Under the pieces are notes generated by a model. That model was not told the origin of the DNA. It saw nothing but the letters and a program-made list of their open reading frames with translations, and did not search any database. The position numbers and the translations under genes were made by a program. DNA of 64,000 bases, taken from assembly GCF_964204645.1 (NCBI RefSeq), contig NC_134025.1, positions 23,416,299 to 23,480,298 of the forward strand. The letters run 5' to 3'. Shown in pieces: positions 19,522 through 58,565 of this stretch (position 1 is the first letter of the stretch; each line of letters begins with the position of its first letter). This DNA is from Tubulanus polymorphus (lineage: Eukaryota > Animalia > Nemertea).

Positions 19522-20780
19522 ACACTTAATTCTCGCCTTCGCTTAAATTTCATCGTCAAGCGCCATGTTGATTCAGTGTGTACAAGACGGCTCTGAATAT
19601 TAATGTTCGTTCGTTGTCAGGAACTTCAAATGTCGTGCTTTCAGATTAAATCTATTATCTTACTGTATGATATCTTTATGTATAGCTATTAAATTATTTG
19701 CACGGGAATCTCTCTGTCTCTCTTTGTGTTCTTTTATACGAAGGATGTTCGTCAAGTGGCATGCAAAATATTTCCTATCATTTGAAAACTCGAACCCCAA
19801 GAACATTCGTGAAAACGATTCTAGTCAAACTCGTCCGAGTCTTCACATCGAGACTTAAGTCGTCACTATTTTTGATTCCCAATCAAACCCACTTAATTTG
19901 GATGGGCTTAATCCGGATTTTGATCTTACAGGGCATATAGATACAATAAACCACGCCTTACTGAGGCATAGGCAACCCAGACCTTTGACTAACTTGGGAC
20001 TTTGCCGGTAGGGTTAACTGTATATGTAAAATATATTTAATCCAGATTTCTCATAATCCGGTTGAATTTCGTCAGTCCCAACTGATCTGAATTAAGCGGG
20101 TTTGACTGTTTTCAGTTCAATTTATTAAGTTCCTAAGCCTAAAAAAATCATTGTCCCAGCTACAATGACTTAAGCGAGTTTGTAGAAAAAGGCACTGGAA
20201 GGAATGCACGCAAGATCCCAAAAGCCATTGTAGTAAGGGTTTCTTTAGATTCTAGAGATTCAATTCGTTTAGATTCCATAGATGATTATTCGGCATAATT
20301 TGTTGTCATTTTGCACGAGGATTGAAGGAAATCTGTTAGAAGTATACTCAAGAATACGAATACGTCCACCAAAATAAACACATAACAAGCAATGAAATAC
20401 AAAATAAATATATTATATCAAGATAATTTACAATTGTTCAATAATGATACATCATTGACCACAGTTCAACCTCCGATTATCATTAAAGTTAAGTCATTAT
20501 CATTAATACGTGTACTATACGTAAACAATTTGAGAAATCCATAATGCAGCAGTTCATGATGCAGTTGGCACTCGCAGAAAGGTTTTTCCCTGTAAAAACC
20601 ATATCATACTACTTGAGAGAAAAAAATGATATACCGGTACTGATAGTCCATGTCATTTTAGATTCTATACCTATTCCTTGCCCAATACTGTCAGCGTCAA
20701 CTTTCAGCGTTTCGAAACTGATTCAAGTCCCAATACTGTAAGCGATGCACGAATAATCCAAGGTGGTATTTACGTTAGTG

Positions 20781-21980
20781 CTACGTTTCTTGGTTGACTT
20801 GTATGGTTCGCGTGACGTCCAAATCGTCCGTATTATTCGATATGCCTAACACGAATTTCACGAATTTTATAACCATAATCGCGTGACCAGGCAGGAAAAT
20901 GTACGTAGTATAAACTGCCATTGCGATAATAGCGACCAGTATAGAATCTGAACAGTTTCGTTAAGGAAAAAAATGCCTTGTTTGTTTTGACTGCTTTCAT
21001 AAACTGAAAATAGTCAAGAGTTTGTCTGTAATGAAATTAAATGAAAGTGGCGGCAAAATCATGTTTACTAAAATATGCCGCCTCTTGGCAAAATATCAAC
21101 TTCTAATGTCTATTTATTAATGGATGAGACCTGTTTTTCTTGGATATTTTGCTTACTTTTTGGGGTACATACCTCATTTATGTCTTAACAGAATGCCAAA
21201 AATCGCGGACAACAACTGAATATCCGATATATTTCCAGTTCTGTACCAATTAGATGGATTGGCAAAAAGACTCCTTAAGTCCAGTTGAATGAGAGAGAAA
21301 ATCCTCCATTTTGTCAAATTTCTTGAATTTTTACATTGTCACCATGCCTACGAAATGAAGTTATTTTTCTTGTGGGGTCTCAACAACTAAATCAGGGTGG
21401 CGTAAGCATGGTAACAATGTTCAAATCCAAGAAATTTGACAAAATGGAAGATTTTCTCTCTCATTCAACTGGACTTAAGGAGTCTTTTTGCCAATCCATC
21501 TAATTGGTGCAGAACTGGAAATATATCGGATATTCAGTTGTTGTCCGCGATTTTTGGCATTCTGTTAAGACATAAATGAGGTATGTACCCCAAAAAGTAA
21601 GCAAAATATCCCAGAAAAACAGGTCTCATCAATTAATAAATAGACATTAAATTATAATGAATCACAATTCATGGCGACCCTCCTAATTAAAAAATGACAA
21701 ACTATTTTCTCAGCATACACCTAAGGTAGCCGATATATTCTTAAATTGTTCAACCAATTACGTGCAGAATATAATTAACTAATGGGGTGCACTTCCCAAT
21801 CCACCAACGAAAAATAGAAAATAAAATGCATTTGATTTGAATTAAAATTGAATTCCTGTTAAATAAAAGGATACTGAAAATATGTCGTTCCCACGGTTCT
21901 GCCATATATAAAGCTGTGTTCAGTAAGTATTGGAAATACCAATACTTTATAAAGCCACTTATTCGATCGAAGACTGACAT
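20781..21980 (-). CDS. SPTSSA: Serine palmitoyltransferase small subunit (ssSPT), 90 aa. Exons 21980-21875 and 20947-20781
   Basis: The spliced product MSVFDRISGFIKYWYFQYLLNTALYMAEPWERHIFNSILVAIIAMAVYTTYIFLPGHA... matches the ssSPTa/b signature (YFQYLL.TALYM.EPWER..FNS). Assignment to paralog A versus B is not resolvable. Confidence 0.92.
20948..21874 (-). other. U12-type (minor spliceosome) GT-AG intron, 927 nt
   Basis: The 5' splice site is GTATCCTTTT (from 21874 downward) and the branch site TTCCTTAAC (20968-20960) lies just upstream of the terminal CAG. Both match the U12 consensus. Confidence 0.93.
21104..21649. mobile_element. Foldback/MITE with ~227-bp terminal inverted repeats (21104-21330 and 21423-21649) and a ~92-bp spacer
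   Basis: The arms are reverse complements with about 5 mismatches by manual comparison. Termini are TA|ATGTCTATTT...AAATAGACAT|TA, a possible TA target-site duplication. Confidence 0.85.
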
Positions 21981-22055
21981 CCTATAGTTCTATTTGGAAA
22001 TATATAAGACAGATTCAATGAAAGTACATGAAGTGACAAGTTAACACTCACTACC

Positions 22056-23371
22056 TATTTTCCGGTATTGGACTCAGTTGTCGATTCAATTATGGGATTC
22101 GGACTACGGACAGGACATGAGATGCGGGTCGCGACAGCGGGACCCGCCGGTTTCCAAATTTTCGGATGTGTAGCATAAGATGTTCCACTACAGTAGAGTG
22201 GGGACAAAAGATGGATTTTTTGGAAAGACTTTGAATCGAATTGACGACAACGACCCGGTCATTGGATGGCCGCGGGCACATCGCCAACCTAAACGTCGGG
22301 TCGGTCCTTTGCAAAAAAGTCAGTGGTTTGAGAAGTAGCTGAACAAAAAAGCACGAACATTAGGTTTTGCTCCATTTCTATGAGACTGTTTTTAAAAATC
22401 TAAATTCGTAATTTTTTGCAAGGAAACCCGCAAATTGTCAATTGTGATCCGCGAGCGCGTTACTGAAATCAGAATATCGGAACTTTGGTGATACTGGATG
22501 GTTTTCTGGATTGGAGTATCAACTTACGGAGTGCGAATGAATCAAAACAACTCAGTTAAGTACTCTCGTTTTCAGTTCAACGTCACATCAAAATTAACAG
22601 ATAGAAAACATAGCATATATAATTCTATGGCATTTATTGAAATTGAAAATGTGTATCAATTCATCGGATATACTGATGTTGCAACTGTATAAGTTCAGCT
22701 TATAGTGATTATGATATAATAAGTGTGTGTCAAAATTTGACACTTGTCTTGAGGGACACCTAATAGCATTTTGGAGAGTGAACGGGCATCTTCAGTCATA
22801 GAGATTGAAGTGAGCAAATACTCTTCTGATCAAAATCGTTTTCAACTTGGCAATTCACCCGCAATCCGAGTCAAAATTGGCATCATTGCTAGAATCAATC
22901 CAAAGTTTTGATAGATCTTCAAATTCGATAATCTTAATCAATCCAATAAGGTAAAGAAGAAATTAAAAACGAAAGACCAACATTGCTTATTTGTAATGCT
23001 GACAACGCTGGGGCTACTTCACCGGACAAGATGAAATAAAGACAAATGATTATGGCGTCATGTAGAAGCTATCGTATTTACTATTTACATGAATCTGTAA
23101 TCAATGATTATCACCTAGCAGCATCCTGCTAAGCGCTCCTATTATGCCGCGCCGCGCCGCTGCTAACACACACTGTACTGTAGACGCGCTGTAGCAACGT
23201 CAGTAGCTGTTAGTAGTGCTCATGTCGTGTACAAGGCGTTTCCACATTTAAGTTCCTCTCACACTCCTGTCGGAGTATACAGGATCGTTGGGCGTTTTCA
23301 GGAGCTTAATTCAGGCTTCTATGAGATAAAGCGAATTCGAATGTTTTTATAGTCTTATTTTATTGGTGAGT
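22056..23371. promoter_or_regulatory. Divergent promoter region between SPTSS (-) and NCX (+), including probable non-coding first exons
   Basis: A minus-strand donor AG|GTAGTG near 22054 and a plus-strand donor TG|GTGAGT near 23366 flank the region. GC/CpG-rich patches lie at 22100-22310 and 23140-23300. Confidence 0.5.
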
Positions 23372-25653
23372 ATTGAACGCATTTTGTAATTCCACCCATT
23401 CATTCGTGTGCTAGTAAACTGCTGTTGAATTGTTACTGACAAATCGCCGTTTATATTCGCATTGCTAAGTACGCTATTTGCCATAGAAGTAAGGGATGTT
23501 CGTTTTTTCTTTGGTTAATGTGGCTATGAGTAAAATACAATTAAATCCTAATGTGAATACGGCTACAGTAAAGAGTAATAAGCTTAGCAAAGAGTGTCTC
23601 TATAAGTTAGTATTTATTTTTGATTACACTGCATCTATTTTAAGTACAATGTGTATATAGGGCTGGTGGAAGCAATTTGTCATCGGCCTCGCTCATATTC
23701 GAGGGTAGAATTATATCCATCTTTTAAATGGATACAATTCGAAGGCTCTGGGGCTAATTTAGACCATAGCTTTTTTGGACAATTATTTCAAAGGGATGGG
23801 AGCAGAATGAGCAACAGTTTTGGAATAACCTAAATTATCTGGAAAATTATTGGACTGGCCAAAGCCACCCCAGCAGCCCCTTTGTCGGACTTGACAAAAG
23901 TATGCAGCCCTGCCAGGGCCATGTAGAGAGATTGCTTTTTAGTTTTTGTAAAATCAAATTTGAGATTTTGATAGCTTTAGATTAGAACCCTGAAGATCTA
24001 CGTATATAATGTTGAAAAAATGACTGTTCAGCCAGAAATTGTTAGGGCAAATCCTTTGAGATGCCTTCACAAGATTTTAATGTATGAAACAGCATTATTT
24101 ACTAACATTATAACAACGAAACAACATATTCTGGCAAGAAGACCAAGCCACCTGCATTCATTATATCATGCTTTGTTTGGCATGTGGTGGAAGAAAAGTA
24201 TATACTACCACTCTTTCATGAATAGCCTAGTCAACACATCTTGTGAAATAGCTATATTAATGAAATTCAGAAGGCCTTTACATTTTTATTCTGGCTAAAA
24301 TATATCACAAGATTGGAACCTTTAGATAAAAGGCTTTCATGTTATTGTTATGCCTCGTCCTGAATACAATTCAAAATCCAAGGCCTCTAGATTAATTCCT
24401 TAGGGGTTTCCAACCTTCAATACTTCACAAAAGTTCATATTCATTTCATTCATCTCTACTTCATTATCGTTTTATGAAGTAAAAAGTAGTTTAGATCTTG
24501 TTCTTTTTAGTTATTTTTATGTATGTCTTTTCACTGATCTCGTGGGGCCTGGGAAATTTAATTAATGCATGTGTGCTTTCATGACCAATATTCAGTCGTT
24601 ATTCATTAATTTGTTTGAAACACATTACGCATATACCACTTAACATGGTGTCATGTGTTGAAAATACATTCAAAAATGGACATAATATTATGCTATAATT
24701 GGGTCATGGCGATAGTTTTGGAGTAATCATCGGAATATGAAAATGGAGTTGTGGAGATTAGCCTATTATTGATGATGAGTAGATGAAACACATTTTTGTA
24801 TGATGATAAATTTTGTTGAAATAATATGTAATTTTTAGTGTTGTCAAAAAAGTTCCGATTTCTGAAAATTTATTTCATGTAGTAAACATTGAAATACTGA
24901 TATACATATTGTATGAACTACGTACTAAATATGTGCCTAAGTTTTTAAGTTGAGTTGAGGTTTCAAGACTTGTACTGGTGGAAATCTGAAGTTTGTTTTA
25001 ATAGAAAGAAAAACAAATTGTAGTACTACTACAATTATGAATTATTCATTTTCATGCAAATCATGAATTATAACCATGGTGCATTTGCAGTTGCTATTCA
25101 GTTACATATAGCCGGATTTGCATTTTGATAATGTGGGTTGTCTTTTTATTTGAAAACAAATTCCCACATTATACACAATGCCAATTGCCTATAGATTAAT
25201 GTTATTCTGAACTCTACAACAACGATGTAGTTTAATCCAACTTTTGAAATCTAAAAGGAATGTTATATTTAATATTTTGTCGATCAGATTCCACTAAAAC
25301 AAAAAACCCATTAGAATAAAGTGGTTTTATGCTATAATTGTTACTACCTATGCTTGATTGATTTATGGTTTTGGTATTCATTATCCATGGCCACTCTTAT
25401 GACTGGTATTAACTTATGCCTCGAGTTAACCCCCGACTTAAGGTCTGCAAAATGGCCCTAAGATTTAAAGCCCTGTTAAGTAGAATTTGTAAAAACTCTA
25501 TTTCGTTTTTATCAATCAACTGAATATTATCGCGAAAAAAAATTGTTAGAAATAAAATTATATTTATATAGCATTCAGAATTATGATATTCACATTCTAA
25601 CATACATTCCAGTACTGATAATAAGTGGATTTTTTTTTCTTTCAGATGCAAGG

Positions 25654-52914
<27,261 letters not shown>

Positions 52915-55900
52915 TTAACGAAACTGGTGTTGTGAACAGTGTTACTTCTTGTGAGTTGTTGTCGTGCTAACATACCGCCCATTGGACTGGCTGCATGAAA
53001 GCTACTGACTCGTGTATGTGTATGACGTACATCCCATCCGTATACGTGTACATTTGTAACCTATGATCGAAACAGGTCCAAATATTAGTCTGAGTATGGG
53101 ATTGTAAGTGAGGTCAGAAAAGATGGCAGAAAGAAGAAGGAAGCTGCGAGGTTGATGCACACTCAATGAAGTTCATTGAACGGAGTTTGGTGAGAACGGC
53201 TGCCTCAAAAAGTGACGCGCATGGATTATAGTGTGAAGATTTTAGCCTCAACCTTTTTTTGACATTTTTCATATGATATTTTCTTTCCCTCATTGCAAAT
53301 TTTCTGTCTTGAGAAAACAGTTCTACATGTATTAGATTAGATTGGGAATACAGTGAAACCTCCCAACACTTCATGTCATTTATATTAATACCATATTGGA
53401 ATTTCTTGGGTATAGTTAATCATACTATTCAGGCTATTAAGCTCTCTTCATATAAAATGTTTGTTAAATCAAACAAAAAAAGATCACCTCAATGTGTGTT
53501 AAGCATTCATTATTTGTATCTATAAATGATGCGGTTAACAATATACGCTTGTAATCACTGGCTATCATGATTAACCCATTCTTAAAAGATGCAGAGAAAT
53601 TGAATATAGGACTACCAGTAAGATTATGCCACTTGATCGTAATTCTGTGGACATGACGAATAACCATGACGTGATAATACCGTTATTCATTCAAACATCA
53701 TATTTGTGGCATTGTTATGCTTACAGTTTTCCTTTTGGATTTTAAACTCACTTGAAAGGGGATCCTAAATCATAATGAAATTGGCCAGAAATACTGTGAG
53801 AGCTGATAAGCGTCTAAGAACGTCGATATCGTTGGTCTCAAGACTTTATGGTCTAGAAATGATGTTATAGTATCCCTGTATTCATCATCTATTTTTTTTT
53901 TTGTGTCGAATCATACGATCTTTGATGTGGAGCAGATGTATTAGAAATGATCAGTATCATCACTACAATTTGATGTGACACCTTTTTGTAAATATGCGAT
54001 TGCGTACTAATGTACAGAAATTCAATATACTTTACATTATGTGTTAGCATCTACGTACGTCATATCGTTTCGCTGAAACTGGCATGCACAAATATTTCTC
54101 GAGTTTGATTAAATTTGGGAAACCAAAAAGTATCCACCAACGATTTTCAGTGTATGATATTGTTTAAAAAATTATTCGAAATGAATTATGATATGGCTAG
54201 ACCGAAGCTTTGAGTCATAGTTTTGTTGTGGCTTATGTGACGGAGCCACGTTCATGTGCCTGAAAAATCATTGTTGATAACAAATGTATATTCTCTGTGA
54301 TCTTTTTATCTGTTGCCAGATATTTTATTCATTCGTGCAGTTCTTTGATTGTTCCGCGTGAATCGTTAATATGCTGACATCTGTGGATAATTTTCAGTAT
54401 GAATTTTTCAAATACTGGTACACTTGTGATTATGGTGAAGTATGCCATCAACTCGGAATCAAAGACATGATATTTCAAGTATTTTTGAATTTGGTGAATC
54501 ATCGGTACATAAGCGAGGAAAAGAATTATGCAATTTTCCATTTTGCTGTTGAAGTAGTATTGTTGAAGCCATATGTTATTCACTTGATGTCACAGGACAT
54601 CGTAATGTCGAGCACAGGTGGCTAACTGAAGTAAAAAGTCACAGTTGATTGCCATTTGATGGACAAAATGATGCGTGTGAATGGTACGCCTGATGTCGGT
54701 GAATAACATCTATAGAAGAGGAGTTTGTGCTGAAACATAATGTAACTGATGAGCAAATCAAAATATATATCTTTATTTTGACCACTTAGTTGATTGGTAG
54801 TAATTTTATGGCATTATGCCACTGCTATAACCACTTTCTTCAACAATATTTCTGATCCTGCTTTTACTGATACATAACTTATCTGTGAATTCAATTTTGT
54901 TTGATCTCGGTAGAGTAGGTATGCGTTTTGTATGTATGTAAATATAGGAAGGGTGCTTCATTTTTTCAAGACTGCAAAATATCCGCTGTTTAATACTTTT
55001 AATCTAAATTTTGTTTTGCCATTTTTAACTGCTGTCTATTAAAAAGAATTTGTAGTGATATTTTTACGTAGGTAAGTGACGAAAACATTCGTCCCAGATT
55101 ATATGTTGAATAGTCTGTCTAGTCATTTTTCTTGTGTATACATATATTTTTGGAGTCTACATAATCGGTAGAAGTTGACGGAAATGTTTAATTCGGTTAA
55201 CATATTGTCACAGGTTTTTGTTACGATTATCGGATTAGAATCTCAGAAATGACAACAAATAGTAATTGTAGACGAATGCAAATAAAGGCATGTACCAGTA
55301 CACATGTATTAATCTAGTCATGAAAAAAAACTAGTGAAACGATTTTCGTCATTTCACGGGTCACTTTTCAAGATGATATTCACTGTAGGTAGCCTAATTG
55401 GGAATTTTTCACACTATATAATTACGTATACTTACATATGATATATACATTATTTTTTCTCTTATGGATCTCTAAAATCGGATCTTAAAAAAAGGTGTAC
55501 ACTTAATAAATGAAACATATTATATAAAAAAACGTATTCTATACGCAGAAAGTAAAATCTTATAACTGTTATTATGAGGTGATTTACATCCCCGAGCATA
55601 TATAAAAAGACTACCATATGAAAATCGTATAGAAAATGATTCTGTTGAACATTGAATGAATGGAGCCAATATTTAGATGATGGGATGAGCTTGTTTCCGT
55701 GACCAAAAATTTAAAAACTCCAAACCTTGAAAAAACGGGTTTTTGGCTGCAAGCTTTGAGGGTTTTTGCTTCAATCTCGGCACAATTTAGATGCATAACC
55801 AATTAGCAATGCTTTGATTTCATTGGAAGTACCCCACTGCATGATTTATCAAGGACTCAAAAATTGATGATAAGTGTCGATACTCCCTACTTCATTGGAG

Positions 55901-58260
55901 ATTGGAGATATTGCAATCAATTTATTATTAATGAAAAAAGTAATAAGGTGTACTATGTTCTCGCGATTAAACTAAACCGCGTGATTATTTTGTCGCAAGC
56001 ATGACGTTATAATCATTTATCATTCATCAACTGGTTCGTGGTATGGTACCTAATTCATCATCGCTGTGTAAATTTTTCTGTTTTGTAAATTATATGATTT
56101 CATTTCGTGTCGATCGATACTACAATATTGACGGCAGTGAATAATGCATACAGCTGGAGGTGCTCATCAATGACTCAATTGCTATTTAACGATATACATA
56201 TGAATATGGAATGAAACTTGCCCGCCTCTCATACAAAATCGTACGATATTGTAATTAAAAAAACCTATAACAACACATACCTATGTGCATTACACATTAT
56301 TTATTTATTATACCATGGACTTAAAGAGTCCATGATTATACCATTACTACATGTGCGTGTGCGTGTGTGTGTGCGCGTGTGTTATCTTCAAACAGTTTGG
56401 ATATTTTTCGATGGCATATTTCATGATCTAACTTGAACTGAGGGTTATTGTCCAGATATATCAATATACTAAATACATAGTCATAATAGCGTATTAATGG
56501 TTTTCTTGTGTTGTGTGTTATCTGTGTATTGTTACAACAAAAAAAAATGCTGGAAGGGCTGTATAACCAACTTCACTTAAACAGCACCGGTAGAAATTGC
56601 CGTCATTACTACCTGAACTGATTTCATCATACATTGAGTACCTGAGGTGATGAATCCTGAACATAGTGCCTGACTTCTATTGTAATAATGAGACATGAAA
56701 GTAACAAGGGATAAGTAAAGTAATAAATGTAAGTTTTCTAGTTGATGAAAAGAAGTTTTGGTGATAACTACATAAAGCTTTTAGTTGACGGCAGTAGTGT
56801 GTGTAGTTATATGACACAGTTACGATTGAAGGATCGTTTAAGTCCTTGATATTTTAGTATTAATCTTTCACCCGGTTTTAAAACAGTATGATACAGTGGA
56901 ACCTTTGTTGTCAAAAAAGATACTCAGTATTGAAATAGAAAAAAAATGCGATAACAGATATGTTTGATTTCAGAATCTCTGTAGCTGTATAGATGAATAA
57001 ATGACAATAAAGACTCCACTTTGTCTGCAATCAGGGGACTGTACCTCATGCAGGATGTAATTGTATCGATAATTCCTGGGGGCCAGTAGTTGTAATAAGA
57101 ATCATGTAAGAAGCAATGTTTTGAAACAAGTAGAAAATCCCTCTATAAATCCAGAAAAAAGCAATGTTATTCATTGTGGGATTTTCATCATTACATGGAA
57201 ATAGTGTATAATCTTGACCAGTAATGTTTCCAAGTATTAATCGCTTCTATGTCTGGTTTGTTGTTGATGAAATTAATTAACTGAATTTCGTTTGAAGTTA
57301 GGGAGAAGTTAAAAGCAAATTGATGTAAAAAGATCACAAAACTTAAGTTCATACTACAACACGTCGAAAAGGAAATCTTTTTGTATTGCAGTAAAATACA
57401 AAAGCAAGCTGCATTTTGTTACATGCTAAGTAATGTATACAAAAAGTTTATGTGTAGTTAGAAATCATCTTTAACTATGGATTTGTACCTGTCTGATGAT
57501 GTTATCTCTTCAGCTGTCTCTATAAATGAACTGAAATCATTCTTTGTTGTTTTCGATGTTGCATGAAGAAAAGTAGTAATAACTAAACAAAGAGAGACAA
57601 ATATTCTACGCATCTGATTACATCTCCACTCTATATAAAAAATTTACCCACGTGTAGTTTTGCGTACATAGCTAAATATTTTGTACAGTCCATCATAAGA
57701 ATTTTGAACAAATGTTTTGAGTGATTGAATTAAGTGGAACTTCTGCTGAAAGTTTTAAACGGTGGACTGTTTTTCATTGTATATATACATATATATTTCC
57801 AAAAATTGTGAAATCGCCCTTCCCTTTTTAAGTATTTAGAACCCCAATTTGTAGCTAGAGCTTAGAAATTTGAAGAACTTTTGTTTGATTTGTTTGAACC
57901 GAAATATGAAGATACCCTTATTTTCTGCCCATTCTGTAGTGTTTGTACCTTGGTTGTTAACACCCCATGTATATCTTGTGATTTTCCGGAATATGTCATC
58001 AGAAATAAATCAAATTTTAAAATAATGTCACAAATGTTGCTTATTTCTGTCATTTTGGTCTTATTCGATGTTGTATGCTGTTCCATTGTTCAAGGCAACA
58101 GCGCTCCAACTCGCCAGTCAATAAATATTCATCAATGCTATTGTCGGGTCAGTTTCTCCACTGAGTAGGCACTCTATCTGAAGTATAATCTCACTGATTC
58201 TTCATTGGCTCTACACAATTTCATTTATTTGTCGACCATAAGAACGTATATTAGGAATAA
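52915..58260 (+). other. Probable long NCX 3' UTR
   Basis: About 5.3 kb of U/UG-rich sequence with no recognisable exons or MITEs between the NCX stop and the convergent DPH6 3' end. Several AATAAA sites occur, and the true end is unknown. Confidence 0.45.
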
Positions 58261-58565
58261 CTCTGTTCTTAGGATTTTTACTCACACACTCAATTTATTC
58301 AAATCAAATCAAGAATTTACAAAGTTCATCTGATTTACTGCAACCAAGAAACAGTTATTGACAATTCACATGGTGCATTAAGTACACATACAGTAGCATG
58401 GTCTAAATGCAAACACTCGACAAGCAGATGTCCTATTGTTACTAGATTGATTTTCTTGGATGAGTATCTAGAAAGTGGCAAATACTCCCAAGTCATTACA
58501 AGGAAATAATTCCAGTGTATTCCATTGTTTTCCAATTAATTACCAGTATCGATCAGGACTGAAGT

